A stretch of DNA of 64,000 nt. It comes from Okamejei kenojei (Eukaryota). The translations under genes and the position numbers were made by a program. The notes under the pieces were generated by a model, which was given only the letters and a program-made list of their open reading frames with translations, was not told the origin of the DNA and did no database searches. The stretch covers positions 68,882,001 through 68,946,000 of the forward strand of contig CM069140.1 in NCBI GenBank assembly GCA_035221665.1, in the 5' to 3' direction. This document shows, piece after piece, positions 1-14,100 of the stretch; the stretch's first letter is position 1; each line of letters begins with the position of its first letter.

Positions 1-406
1 TGACCTAGAAGGGCATGCTGGCCGAGGTGGACACGCTGCGGGGCCACACTTACGGAGCCCGCAGCCGGTCCCAAAGCGGCTCCAGCTCCAGCCGTGGGCA
101 GTTCTGGAAGGGGGGTGAATTAGGGTTAGGGTTAGGCATTTTCCTGTCATCGGAAGATGCCTTAACCTTCCCCCAGCCTGGCACTGCCCCAGTCCCACTA
201 TGGCCATGACCCCCCCACTCTGCACACTGGCAGTCAGTGGGGTTCAGTAAACGGTGGAACCCACAGGAACTGCCTTCACCCATTAATTAGTCTGGTTCAG
301 GAGCCGGACCTCTCATTCAAAAAAACACACTCACAATTATATTCATTATATTATTTGTATATAATATAATTATACATAATTATATATGATTACAGACATA
401 TTCACG

Positions 407-408
<2 letters not shown>

Positions 409-446
<38 letters not shown>
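409..446. repeat. (AT)n microsatellite
   Basis: About 19 AT units. Confidence 0.95.
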
Positions 447-448
<2 letters not shown>

Positions 449-1020
449 TTTAAATAGACTGCAACACGGAAATAGGCTCCCATGATGTAATATGGGAATT
501 GGACACAAGATGGCGCTTACTTTTTCGATCTCATTTTCTAATTAGTTTAATTAATTAATATGCAACTTTTGGCACTGACGAGTTATGATTTCCTTCTCAA
601 TTATATTTTATCTAAATATGTAAAATTTTATGCAGTTCCGAGACATGGGTCACAAAAGTTGATTTCTAGATACATTTTTGATGCTCGGCCTACAGCCTAT
701 TGTGAACACACATTGTGCAAAATGCACACAACTGATGTCAGGATTGAACCTGTCCTTGGTGCTGTGAGGTAACAGGTCTACTAGCTGCATCATCATGCCT
801 CGTATCTGTTTGGAACCTACAAAGTTAAAGGGTGATTTGATCCAATTTCCAAGCCATTGTAAATAAAATATTATTTTCACTAATTGTGTCTTCGAGACTG
901 GCACGAAAGGCCTATTTTAAAAGTCAAAGCAAAAGTTTTCCAGGAGTTAGACTGAAAACACTTTTATGCACAAAGAGGAAGTAACTTTGAACACTTCTGC
1001 AAACTTAAATCAATACTAGG

Positions 1021-1721
1021 TCATGGTATGATGTGATACTTTATTTGTCACGTGTACTGAGGTACAGTGAAATTCATTTTTGTATACAGTTCAGTACAAG
1101 TATCACTATTCATAAGCACTTGGGTACATATTAGATTAGCATCTCAGATACAGTACATGTGTATAATAGTAGAACACTGAGACAGTATAAAGAGTGGCTA
1201 GTTTGTCGTCATTTTCAAGTCCCAGTTGTATGTGCAGGGATCTTGATCTGACCATGAAGGTCGGTTGTCTTGGCCAAGCTGGCTGTTGTGCAGTGTCCGC
1301 CTCTGCTCCACCGGTGTAAGCTGCATCCGGTCCATGTGCTCGTCCTCTTGGATCGACACCCAGTTCCAGCCGAGCCCCGGGTTGTTGCAGGGCCTCCTGC
1401 GGCCCACTCCATCATCGAGGCCGTGTACTCCCTCCCATAGACGGTCTACTTACCCGCCCTCCAGGTGGGTTCACTTGGGTCCTTGATCCACGGCAGGCGA
1501 GCCGGGCCTTCGGGTGAGTTCCTATCCATGTAGTGGGTCCACCATCCACGATAGGCAAGTCTAGGGAGTATGGGACGGGCCTACCGTGCGGGTTCCTGTC
1601 AGCGACGCGGGTCCACCGTGGTGAGTGGGTCATCCATCTGCGGCGGGTGAGTCCCTGGTTTCCGGCAGGTGAGCTGGGCCTCCTGTGCGGGTCCTCGGTC
1701 TACGGGCCACGGCTCCCAGGG
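1021..1721 (-). mobile_element. Non-autonomous retroposon with GC-rich body and Rex1/Babar-like 3' end
   Basis: 8-bp TSD ATACTAGG (1013-1020, 1722-1729); minus-strand tail ...GTGACAAATAAAGTATCACATCATACCATGA; interrupts a decayed CR1 3' end. Confidence 0.65.
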
Positions 1722-2011
1722 ATACTAGGGACAATCTGTCAATGATAGATCTTTGTTAACCAAAGGTATTAAATGATATCGGATAAGTGTATGTATGTGG
1801 AGTTTAGGTTAGTGTTTTTCAAGTGAATTGTCCAAAATAAACCAGAGGCTAAATACCCAGCTCCAATCTTTTGTCCCTTAATTTGTGGTTATGCTGCCAT
1901 AGAAAATTTAGATAATGCCACATGCAGATGTTTTACTTGAAATGGCATTGGTTGAAATTATTTGAAATGATTTCACACTTGACATGAGAGAGTTATCTTA
2001 CTTTTTTTTAG

Positions 2012-2137
2012 CAAGGTTTACCCGAAACAGAGTTTAAAGATGAAGATCACAGCATATTTCAGTCAGCAGCCCGGCAGTGCCTGGAAGATGGGCATGCAGC
2101 TGAACTTTTGGAAATTCTACAGGATAAACAAAATGAG
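2012..2137 (+). CDS. GLMN: GLMN coding exon (QGLPETEFKDED...QDKQNE)
   Basis: tttttag|CAA...GAG|gtac, 126 nt. Confidence 0.92.
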
Positions 2138-5100
2138 GTACTATTACAATTTGAATGGTTTTATATTAATAATCTTATTTTCCATTAAATATAACATGGA
2201 CATGTATCTTACTTTGAAACATTTACTATTAATATTTAAATTAATATTTCTAAATCGGCTATATTTCATGTAGTAAAAGTAACCACAGTCCAATAGGTCT
2301 TGTTATTTGACTTCCAACATCTATAGTTTAAACATTTATTTCAAAATTAGGAACACCCATGGTGATTATAATTTCCATTAAAGACAATTTGGTTCAACAA
2401 TTTGGTTTAAGCTAATTAAATATATTTCTGTGATCTTTGATCTATAATCTTTTAATGAGGATTAATAAAGAAATAGTGACTTTCACAACTTATAGGAGCT
2501 AATACCATAATTAAAATCGCTAGCAGTGGCCCCTGATGCAAAGAACAAATTTAGTCTTGGTGTTTTATTTTTAAATAACTGTCCAATGTTGCCAGAGTAA
2601 CTTAAGCAGTTAGTTAAAACATTTATGCACTTCTTATTGTACCATTGCAATTTTTTTTGGTTGCAAATACGGAATGAAAGTTTCCATTTTCCCCAGATAA
2701 ATGGGAAAAAATATGGAACAAACCAAAAATATAATTTTAACTCAATATAATTATAGTAAAATTTGATTGCAAAGTTAAAATATTGAACTTGCTTGTAAAA
2801 GAGTGAGTGCCTTGTACCTTAGACAATATGCATTGCTTCTAATAAAAATATTATTTAAAAAAGAGTGAGTGCCAAATCTCCATGTCTCTAGTTTGGAAAA
2901 AGGAAAATACCAAAAGGAAAATACATTTAATTGACAATATTTTTACACCCTATTAAGCCCGAAAGTAATTTATAACCAATGATCAAAGTTTGAAATATTG
3001 TCACTATGTTCACATACAGCTTATGCTGTGAAAACAACAAATACATTGTTTGCGTTCATTTGATTTCTATTTTGTGAAGCTGGCAACAAGACCTATTTTC
3101 CTTTCTACAAAATTGCATGTCATGGCTTCATAATGGTAGTGATAGCACAGTCTAGATTATATGCTGAAAGTATCAGATTGGTCTCAAACCCACAATCTGG
3201 AATTGAGAATAAAGCCAACAATTCTTCCTTTATCACTTTGGCTAGAGTTGGGGAGGGGTGGGTTGAGTGGAAAGATTAAATATCATTATTTAATGCCAAA
3301 GCAATTGTTCTTTGAAAGGACAATTTGTGGCTTTTTGTGCTAACGTAGAACAAAATTTATGTATCATCTGTATAGTTTGAACCCATTTAATTTATCATCA
3401 TAATTTACATTGAATATCTTACAGGACTTTGTTATCTGCATGGGTTGGAATCTCCTTGGACCTGTTGTCAATTGTATTTTGAGAAATGAGCAACAAAGTG
3501 AGAACATGGAAATCTGCACAAAAATAATAGATCGTGTGATAGAGGTAAGAGAGCACTTACAGAGGGAACTCCATAAATCGTAGTGTAATTTTTTTGCATT
3601 TATCAGGCATGTTATACTTCCGATTTAAATCGGAATTCCGATTTTTATTGTTTTGCCGTCGTATCAGCCGCTGTCGCCAAAGGCGTCGGTCCAATCACAT
3701 AATGCGCTCCGTACCGGTCACTTCGCTGCTAATCAACCGCTGTCTCTGAGGGGGTTGCGTCCTATTACCGACCAGCTTCCCTTAGAATCCGCTTCGGCCT
3801 ATATTTCTCCAATCAGCCGCTGTCTCCAAGGGCGTTGCGTCCAATCACATAATGCGCCGATCACTCGGCGGCCAATCAGACGCAGTCTCCCGAGGGGCGT
3901 TGCGGCCAATATCCGACCAATTTCCATAACTGAAGCTGAAGATGGCTACAGAAGCCGAGAGAAAGGAACTAGTTAGCAGCTCAACAGGCAAGAAAGAAGC
4001 ACAGGGTAGCCATGTTGAGCAAGTTTACAAAAAGCAAGTGTCAGGCAAAGGGAAAGTCAAACTAGAGTTTAGGTAATGTTAAAGAAGGAACTGCAGATGC
4101 TGGAAAATCAAAGGTAGACAAAAATTCTGGAGAAACTCAGCGGGTGAGGCAGCATCTATGGAGCGAAGGAAATAGGCACCCCTGCCCCTGGACCCCAAGC
4201 CAATGCTTCCTACATTTTTTCTGGAGGTGAATATTTATTTTCACATGGAGGTGGAGCCTGATATATTGTGCATTTTAAGAAGAGAGAAGAATCTTGCCTT
4301 GATCAACACTGAAACTATAAATCTACTCTATTTGGCTTTGGGAACTTGGTGTGCATACATTGGTGTTTTTCTGACATTAACAGTTTTGGCACTTGAGAAA
4401 GTACAGAATTTCCTGTGAAGCACGTTTGGATGACTTGCAATTTTTAAGTGGCCATGTACAAATTGAAGTAGTTTCTTTAATAAACTGTATTTTTTCCATA
4501 CATTTATAAATGCATTGTTACATCTTATGCACATTTCTCTCATGTGGGTGAGATTTGGGCTCTGAAGTTCAACCCAAATTAAATACCAAGATAATTCTTG
4601 ACTGGGAGCTTCGTAAAGTGAAAACTTCAATAACGTGCCAAGTGATGCCACGATAATGATCTATCAAGGATTTTATGATGAGTAAATATAGCTTTTAAAA
4701 AAAAACCTGAAAATATAATTTAATCTCATTTTAGTTAAATTAACCGTACAAAATTATATAAATTTGCTTCTCAAAGATATGTTCCTTTCCTGCAGATAAG
4801 TAACCCAAAGGAACTTCTATTGGGTTTACTTGAACAGATTGAGGATGTTTTTGAAAAGAATATATCTAAAGTCATCTTACTTCTCCTGCAGCCACTTCAG
4901 GCAGGTAATTTGAAAATGCACATGAAAGCTTAATTTATTGAAAGTTAATACTTCATAGTTAATAGTTTCATCAATATACTTTAAGACCTATCTGTTTATA
5001 TTACGTGCGTTATTTTGGAAGTAGAATTTATCTTTGGTCAACATTTCAAGGCTGTGTATTTGCTCTAATCCTGTTGAACCAGTGTGCGTCCTGTACCATA

Positions 5101-8100
5101 ACCTGTGTGATCTTGAAAGATGAGTGTACTTGAGATATAGACTGGACAGCTCGCAATTTGACACCGGGGACAAAAGGCAAGGATCTAAACATTTGAGCGA
5201 CTGATCTTAACGGCACTTTTTGCTGATGTTCTGCTGATCAGAACAGTTAATAATGATAATCTACAATTTGATTATTCAGAAATCCCGGTGGTTAATTTCT
5301 GGGTCATGTGATAATGTTTACCATGCTTCCTTTGTCTCTGCTTGGTTGCGTTTACTGCACTTTGAAACTTACCAGGCCTTGTTTGTTGCCTACCCTTGAA
5401 ACTCACAGGACTCCTATTCATCAGACCCCTGTTTCCTGCTTTCCTTTGAAACTTACTGGCGCCCTAATTCCCGCATGACTGGAAATATACTGTGCTACTT
5501 TTCCCGGCGTACCTGAGAGTTCCAGGGTTCACTGGAAAACTTATTATACTACTGTGCTACTTCTTAAAAAAATAAATGAATATGTTGAGGTATTAATGGG
5601 GAATAGCATCCAATTGTTCAGATAACCTGCCAATTATCCACCATTAGTCCTCATTGTGTTGGAAACAGAATTTTACTGTTGTGATGTGATACATTATTAA
5701 AAGCATAGTCACATTTTTATCAGCATATGTACACTTTTTAGTATATATAGCGGTGAGAATTTTTTAATGGGTTTCAGGAGAATAAGAAGGAGAGTCTAAT
5801 ACTAACTGTGGCTTCTGGGTTTATTAATGTAGCAGTCCATGTGTTAACTCTTAAAGTTCCTGACTACCTCGAAGCATTACCACGATGAATGCTGACAGTT
5901 TTATTATAATCTGGGCCATTAAATCAAAACTTGACTAGTTCCAATTTATTTAAATGTTCTTCAATCGCAAGATTTTACCGTAGATAAAATATTTTTTTTA
6001 TTTTCCTTCTGTAAAATTGCAACTTCAGTTAAGAAGTTGTTCCAGTTGTATGGGGTCTTAACTTGAATAATTTCATGAATCTAACAACAAATATATTTTT
6101 CCCAGTGCTACTAAAAATGAAACACAAAATGACATATTCTGTGGGATTGTGTCTTGCAACCATTCAACGCCAACTCTCTAAACTGCCTGTACCTATTAAT
6201 GATGAACAGCGCATACAGGATGAACATGAACTTTGCAAGTGTTGTATGGCTGTTAGCTCTTTTGTTAAACCATTTGTGGATGAAGTGACTCAAACAACAA
6301 ATTCCAAGAGAAATCCTTCCTATAATGAGCTAAAGGAGGAGCTACTAAAATTGTAGGTACTTAATTTTCAATATAATAATCTATATGCTTCAACTAAGCT
6401 TTAGTCGGGTAAATAAATGTGTGTAGCCTAACTGGTATTTTGTGATTAATATAGCTTTATGAAAATATTGGAATACCCACTACTGACTGCACAATTACAG
6501 CCATTAACCAAAGGGATTGAAGACAACTCATTACGAGCTTTTGCTGCTGAAATTGTAGTAAGTTTAATTTGTCCACTCTGTTTTATGCACAAAGTCATTC
6601 CTCACACATTTCCTTTGCGTTTGCAATGGAATTAACTTAATTCGGTCATTTAGATGTTTAGTTCACATCAGTATCACTTCACTAAATAATATTTTTATCG
6701 TGATCATTATTTTTATTTAATACATAACTGAAAAAAAAAATCTTGATTCCACTAATCATAAGTGCAAACGTAAATCTTAATATGGAGTTCTGTGCATTTT
6801 GCATTCAGTTTGTTTTTTGTGCGTGGCTAATAGTAACATTTTCGTGGGAATTTTGAGTTGGCTCGAATGCTCCATGCCACAAGTGTGCAGTGCTGAGAGG
6901 TTTGGAATACTGATTACCGGTGATATAATCAGATTGACTATCATTTTGGAGTGAAAAAAAAGTTATGTTTGGATGAATGCTACTTCCAGAGGGCAGGAAT
7001 CAAGAAACGAGTAGGCTTGTACAAAAAGTGGAAAAAAACATTAGTAAATTATTTGGTGAAAGAAGGACAAGGAAAGCATAAGTAAATCTTTGCAGAGCAA
7101 GATATAACAATTTATGAAGATATGTCAAAATTACTATATAATGTACATAATTCATCTTTGACAGCATAATCATGTAGAGTCAGTTCCAGAATTATTTCAC
7201 TTAGAATAAATATTTGAATGTGCATTTATATTTGTATAAATAAATGTAATAGAGAATTATACTTAGACTCAAACGAGTGTCGTCATGTCTTGTAGGTTTA
7301 CTTGGTGGCAATTGGTGAATCGCTTCCTGTGTTGATAGTTCATCCATTGTTACAGTCCAGAAAGAAACTGCAAGAGATAGACGCTCTGCAAGAAGATATA
7401 AAATACCCGACAAATTCATTGGCAAGCTTGGCATATCTTTTATTTGTTCAGCATATTGGTATTGCTCTATTTCCAGCTGTATACAGGTATGTGAAGATGA
7501 GAGTCCATTATTTAGGACGATATTCTTGAGAATTAATGGGACGTGACTAGAGGTTTAGTGCTTGTTGTCGACAATTTATGAAGATCTTTGAAAATGTATA
7601 TAATTGTTGCAGTATTAAGATCCTCTCTGGAAGATAAGCCCCTGTCCCACAGTATCTTTAGCTTGAAAATTCCCATTCATAAGAACTTTCTTATTCATTT
7701 GGTCAACTTGTGTGTTTCTTCTATTATACGAGGCACTGCAGAATGTTTTGTTACGTTAATCGTGTTTCACATTGCAAGATATTTTAAAATGTGATTTTAA
7801 ACTAGAAAGTTCTTAGTTCATTTTTATTAACTATCAAAATGACATTCCGCAGTTGCTTTTGGGTACAGAAAAAAACAATTACGTCAAAATACCCCTCCAG
7901 CTTGCTCCTCAAATCGTCGCTGATTTTATGCTTCAAGAGCCCAGTCCTGAACCTCATTTTCTTGTTTTGAAAATGTTGTCACTTTTAAATATATACGCAG
8001 CAGATAAGCATTCACAGCTGTCTATATGTAGGTTTATTATTGTCATGTGTACTGTGGTACAGTGAAAAGCTCTGCAGTGCTTTGTTTTCAAGCATCCTAT

Positions 8101-11100
8101 AAGATGGAAACATTCTCCCAGTCACAGTCTTAAAGTGGTCAAATTGTTATTCCGACACCATGTGAGCCACGGGTTCTAGTCTGCAACCAAAAGAAACGAC
8201 TCTCTCAGAATTGTTCATGATTTAGTGAAATAGAAAAAACATTTGAATTAGGAGCAGGAGCAGTTCACCCAGTCCTCAAGCCTGCTGTTGCACTTAATAA
8301 AACTGTCCTACCCTACCTTGTCAGGAGCAAATTTAGCAGCCTTTCATACCTTCATCCAAGTCTTTGATATGAATTGTAAAATGTTGAAGCCCTTGCTTTG
8401 AAATTCTTGCAATAGCTTACCAGCAGAGAAAGACCTTGCATGCCTAGTCTATTTTTCCTGTCAGCCAGCCAATCTACTCTCCACACCAATAGGGGATCTC
8501 TACACCATGGGCTTTCATTTTCCATAACCTTTGATGCAGCATCTCATAATGGATCCCAGAACTACTAAACCTCAATATCAGCCTCATTCTGTTCAGTCTG
8601 TTCTCGGAGAACAATCACTTGGAAATTGTAGTTGCCTAAAAAGGCACTTTAACTGCTAGAAACATAGAAAATGGGTGCAGGAGGCCATTCGGCCCTTCGA
8701 GCCAGCACCGCCATTCATTGTGATCACCGCTATCAATAACCCGTGCCTGCCTTCTCCCCATATCACTTGACTCCACTAGCCCCTAGAGTTCTATCCAACT
8801 CTCTTAAATCCATCCAGTGATTTGGCCTCCACTGCCCTCTGTGGCAGGGAATTCCATAAATTCACAACTCTCTGGGTGAAAAAGTTTTTTTCACCTCAGT
8901 CTTAAATGACCTCCCATATAACCATATAACAATTACAGCACGGAAACAGGCCCTCTCGACCCTTCCAGTCCGTGCCGACCATTTGTTTCCCCCTAGTCCC
9001 ATCTACCTGCACTCAGACCATACCCCTCCATTCCCTTCACGTCCATATACCTATCCACTTTACTCTTAAATGTTAAAATCGATCCTGCCTCCATCACTTC
9101 TGCTGGAAGCTCATTCCACACAGCCACCACCCTCTGAGTAAAGACGTTCCCCCTCACGTTACCCCGAAACGTCTGTCCCTTAATTCTCATGTCATGCCCT
9201 CTTGTTTGAATCTTCCCTACCCTCAATGGGAAAAACGTATCCACGTCAACTCTGTCTATCCCTTTCATCATTTTAAAGACCTCAATCAAGTCCCCCCTTA
9301 ACCTTCTGCGCTCCAAAGAATGAAGACCTAACTTGTTCAACCTTTCTCTGTAACATAGTTGCTGGAACCCTGGCAACATTCTAGTAAATCTCCTCTGTAC
9401 TCTCTCTATTTTGTTGACATCCTTCCTATAACTAGGCGACCAAAATTGTACACCATACTCCAGAATTGGTCTTACCAATGCCTTGTACAATTTTAACATT
9501 ACTTCCCTACTCCTATATTCAATGCTCTGATTTATAAAGGCCAACACACCAAAGGCTTTCTTTACCACCCCATCTACATGCGATTCCACCTTCAGGGAAC
9601 TATGCACAGTTATTCCTAGATCCCTCTGTTCCACAGCATTCCTCAATTCCCTACCATTTACCATGTACTTCCTATTTTGATTTGTCCTGCCAAGATGTCC
9701 TGTCATTCTAAGACTGTTGCTCCTGGTTCTGGACTCGTCCAACATTGGGAACATTTTTCCTGCATCTAGGTTGTCCAGTCCTTTTATAATTTTATATGTT
9801 TCTATAAGACCCCCCTCCCCCTCATCCTTCTAAACTCCAGTGAATACAAGCCTAGTCTTTTCAATCTTTCCTCATATGATAGTCCCGCCATCCCCGGGAT
9901 CAATCTCATGAACCTACGCTGCACTGCCTCAATCACAAGGATGTCCTTCCTCAAATTAGGAAACCAAAACTGTACACAATACTCCAGATGTGGTCTCACC
10001 AGAGCCCTATACAACTGCAGAAGAACCTCTTTACTCCTATACTGAAATCCTCTTGTTATGAAGGCCAACATTCCATTAGCTTTCTTCACTGCCTGCTGTA
10101 CCTGCACGCCAACTTTCAGTGACCAGTGCACAAGGACACCCAGGTCTCGCTGTACCTCCCACTTACCTAACCTAACCCCATTGAGATAATAATCTGCCCC
10201 CTTGTTTTTGCTGCCAAAGTGGATAACCTCACATTTATCTATATTATGCTGCATCTGCCACGCATCTGCCCACTCACTCACGCATCTGCCCACTCCTGCA
10301 ACCTCCTAACATCCTCTTCACAGTTCACACTGCCACCCAACTTTATGTCATCCGCAAACTTGCTAGTGTTGCTCCTAATTCCATCTGTTGCATTGAGGGC
10401 TAACATGTTTGCTCATGGTGTGTTGTTGGGAGTCTCAGTAAATAGCCCATGAGGTCTGAGATGACCTCCACAAACAGCCTTTCATGATGTTAGTGCAAAA
10501 GAGGGAAGGAAATCTTGAGAGTCTGATTCAGGATAGTGCACCGTCAAAATAAAATGTAATTTTACCCCCAAATTTATAAAATGGCTGTAAAATAGTAAGG
10601 AACAGAGGAAATTAATACATGTTTTATTTCTAGGGGGGTGATTAATGTAATAGATTTTAATATACCTTTTATGTTTTGTGTTTGTAATTTAATGTGACTG
10701 AAATCTCTGCAGCCCTCGATATCTACTACAAGTGAATTTGGAATATATATCTGCATTAATAAGCAAGTAAGTTAACAGAAATACATTCATCCATCTTCAA
10801 AAGTATTATTGCACTAATCATTATATTTGAACATATGTTTGTTTATAGGTTTTAGTGAACTATTCTTTCTTTTCTCCTTGAAATTATTGGGTGAGGAATG
10901 AGTCTTTGGTGGCCAGTGCTAAACTTAGGGTATTTGCTGCATATTTGGTTCCACTGAAGTCATTGGAGTTGAACTTGCAGAGGCAAGTACAACTGTCGTC
11001 TGATAGTCTTACATGTGAATTGTGCTGGCAATCAAAGATGAATGTGTTCCTAATTAATTGGATCAGACTTTCAGAAATTCCCAAATGCCTAAGCAGTAGG

Positions 11101-14100
11101 ATCTTGATGCATTGGATGGAGGCAGAAAATTGTAGGTCAGCCAAATTTTACTTGTCTCCGCTGTCCCATCCGCATATTTAGATAGTGGTGAATATTTGTT
11201 TTTGATTGTTCATGTATCATGATGACGGCAAAGCCCATTTCTTTTTAAATCTTTTTATTAGCTTTTTTACCAAAAACAAAACAAAAAGAATAATGATAAC
11301 GATAACAATGATATTGATACATAGGGATCAAGATTACATTAATAACAGGTATAACCTAAATATGAGTCCAGTATCAAAATACACATTGAATATAGACATC
11401 TAGGTAAATATAGTTAAATGTTTAAAAGAAAACTTGTATATATTTAAAATTTAAAAAAAAAGATAAAAAGAAACAAAATTGAAAAAAGGAAGAAACAAAA
11501 CCCCCCAAAACAGAATCTGAGCTGAGAATTTCAACAATTTACGTTCCTGTTTGTCATCAAGTCCATTCCACCATATAAAGGTAAAATAATTTTTATAACA
11601 GTTGGAGAGGGAGCAATTTATGTTGTGTGAAAATGTTGAATAAATCTTCCCCAAGTCTTATCAAATTTAACCAAGGGTTCAACAATGTCACTCCTGATTT
11701 TTTTTCTAAATTTAAACATGATATCGTTTCAGAGTACCAATGGAGTGTGGTCAGAGGGTTAGAGTCTTTCCATTTAAATAAAATGTATCTTCTGGCGATT
11801 AATGTGGTAAAAGCAATCAGCTGATGGGTAGCCCAAAATGTGGTAAAAGCAATCTAACATTGGTAGCCTAAAAATTGCAGTAGTAGGATGAGGCTGTAAA
11901 TCAATACCTAAAACTACAGAAATGGTATCAAAGATTTCTTTCCAATATTTTTCCAAAAGTGGGCAGGACCAAAACATATGGTCAGTGAGTCCACTTCAGA
12001 GTTACATGTGTCACAGGTAGGATTTATGTGACCATAAAAATGAGCTAACTTATCTTTTGACATGTGAACTCTGTGAACCACCTTGAATTGTATCAGAGCA
12101 TGTCTTGCACACATTGAGGAAGTATTAACTAATTGACGAATCTTCTCCCATTTCTCTATAGATAGAGAGATTTGGAGTTCTCTTTCCCAGTCATTTTATC
12201 AATATACCTATTTGTAATTTCAAAATCAACTCATAAATAGTCGTTATTAATCCTTTCTGAAAAGGGTTCAAATGTAAATTTTTTTCAAAGATTTCGGTTT
12301 GATGTGGTAACGGAAGAAAGGGTACAGTAGCCTTCAAAAAATGTCTAATTTGTAAATATCTAAAAAAGTGTGAATTAGGCAAATTTATATTTATTGGAGA
12401 TTTATTGGAAAGACATAAAACAACCATCCAAAAACAAATCACGAAAAGCTACTAATCCCTTCCTCTTCCATAACAGAAAGGCTTGATCAGTACTAGAAGG
12501 TTGGAAGAGAAAATTAGATATGATAGGACTCAATAAGATAAAATCATCCAGTCCAAAAAACTTATGAAATTGAAACCATATTCGAAATGTATGTCTTATT
12601 GGGTTAGTCGTATATTTATTCAATCTCGTAATTGTAAAAGGTAACGAGGCTCCTAGAATAAAAGCCAATGATAGCCCTTGTATAGAATCGCGTTCAAGAT
12701 ATATCCATCCTGGGCATTGGGTATCTTCTAAATCTTTTGTCCAAAACGTTAAATAACGAACACTAACTGCCCAATAGTAGAATCTAAGGTTTGGAGATGC
12801 CAAACCTCCATCTTTTTTTGATTTCTGTAAGTATTTTTTACTTAGTCTGGAATTTTTATTCTGCCATATATATGAAGAAATTTTGGAATCAATAATATCA
12901 AAGAAAGTTCCAGGATTTTTAGAGGCAAGCGTAGCTGGGGCCCATGCGTGTGCCCATAGCTACGCCTTGTGTTTGGAGGAAATGGAGTCAAAAGAGAAGT
13001 TATTGAGGGTAAGGACCAACTCCGCTAGGCGGAGGAGGGTGTCAGTGGACGGGTATGGGTTGCTCCTCTGGTCGAGGAAGAACCGGAGGGCTTTGAGACC
13101 GTCCTGGTGGGGGATGGAGGTGTAGAGTGACTGGACGTCCATGGTAAAGATGAGAGGATGGGGGCCTGGAGAATGGAATGCGCAGAGCCGACGGAGAGTG
13201 TCTGAGGTGTCTTGAACATAGGTGGGGAGGGATTTAACAAAGGGGGAGAGGATGGCGTCGAGGTATGTGGAAATGTGTTCGGTGGGGCACGAACAGGCAG
13301 AGACAATGGGTCTGCCAGGGCAGTCGGGTTTGTGGATTTTGAGGAGAGGTAAAATCGGGCCGTGCGGGGCTGAGAGACAATGAGGTTGGAGGCTTGGGGG
13401 GGTAGGGAGCCGGAGCTGATGAAGTCGGTTATGGTGCTCGAGATGGTGGCCTGGTGTTCATCAGTGGGGTCATGGTCCAGGGGTAAGTAGGAGGAGGTGT
13501 CCGATAGTTGGCGCGCAGCCTCTGCTTTGTAGAGATCAACGCGCCAGACTACCACGGCACCTCCCTTGTCGGCGGGTTTGATAACCCAGTCTGGGTTGTT
13601 ACGGAGCGAGTCGATGGCATTACGTTTGGGGGTGGAGAGATTGGAGTGAGACGGGAGTGGAGAGGTCGAGGCATTGATGTCCAAAGAAGGATTTGGCAAT
13701 AAAAATTGGTATCGTCTGAAATAAATACAAAAATTTAGGTAAGATAATCATTTTAATAGCATTGATTCGGCTGATTAAATATAAGGACATTGGTGACCAT
13801 TTAGTAAACTGTTGTTTGATATGGACAATTAAAGGCGTAAAATTAGCTTTAAATAAATCCTTGTGTTTCTTGGTAATCTTAATACCTAAATAAGTAAAAC
13901 TTTTGGTAGTCAATCTAAGTGGAAACTGTCCATAATTCGAAACTAGATTGTTTAATGGAAAAAAGCTCACTCTTACTAAGATTTAGTTTATAACCAGAGA
14001 AACTACTAAATAGTGCTACTATCGCCGGAATAGATTTCTCAGGGTAAGAAATGAATAATAACAGATCATCTGCATAAAGAGATAGCTTATGTGTCTTATT

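Noticed and set aside
120-136. TTAGGG repeats
   Set aside because: Fewer than three full units within a probable repeat element; not a telomeric array.
5330-5570. Repeated TTGAAACT(T/C)AC and TACTGTGCTACT motifs
   Set aside because: Probably a fragment of an unclassified repeat; no boundaries could be defined.
8993-9754. 253-aa ORF
   Set aside because: Chance in-frame fusion of two nested CR1 fragments, not a gene.
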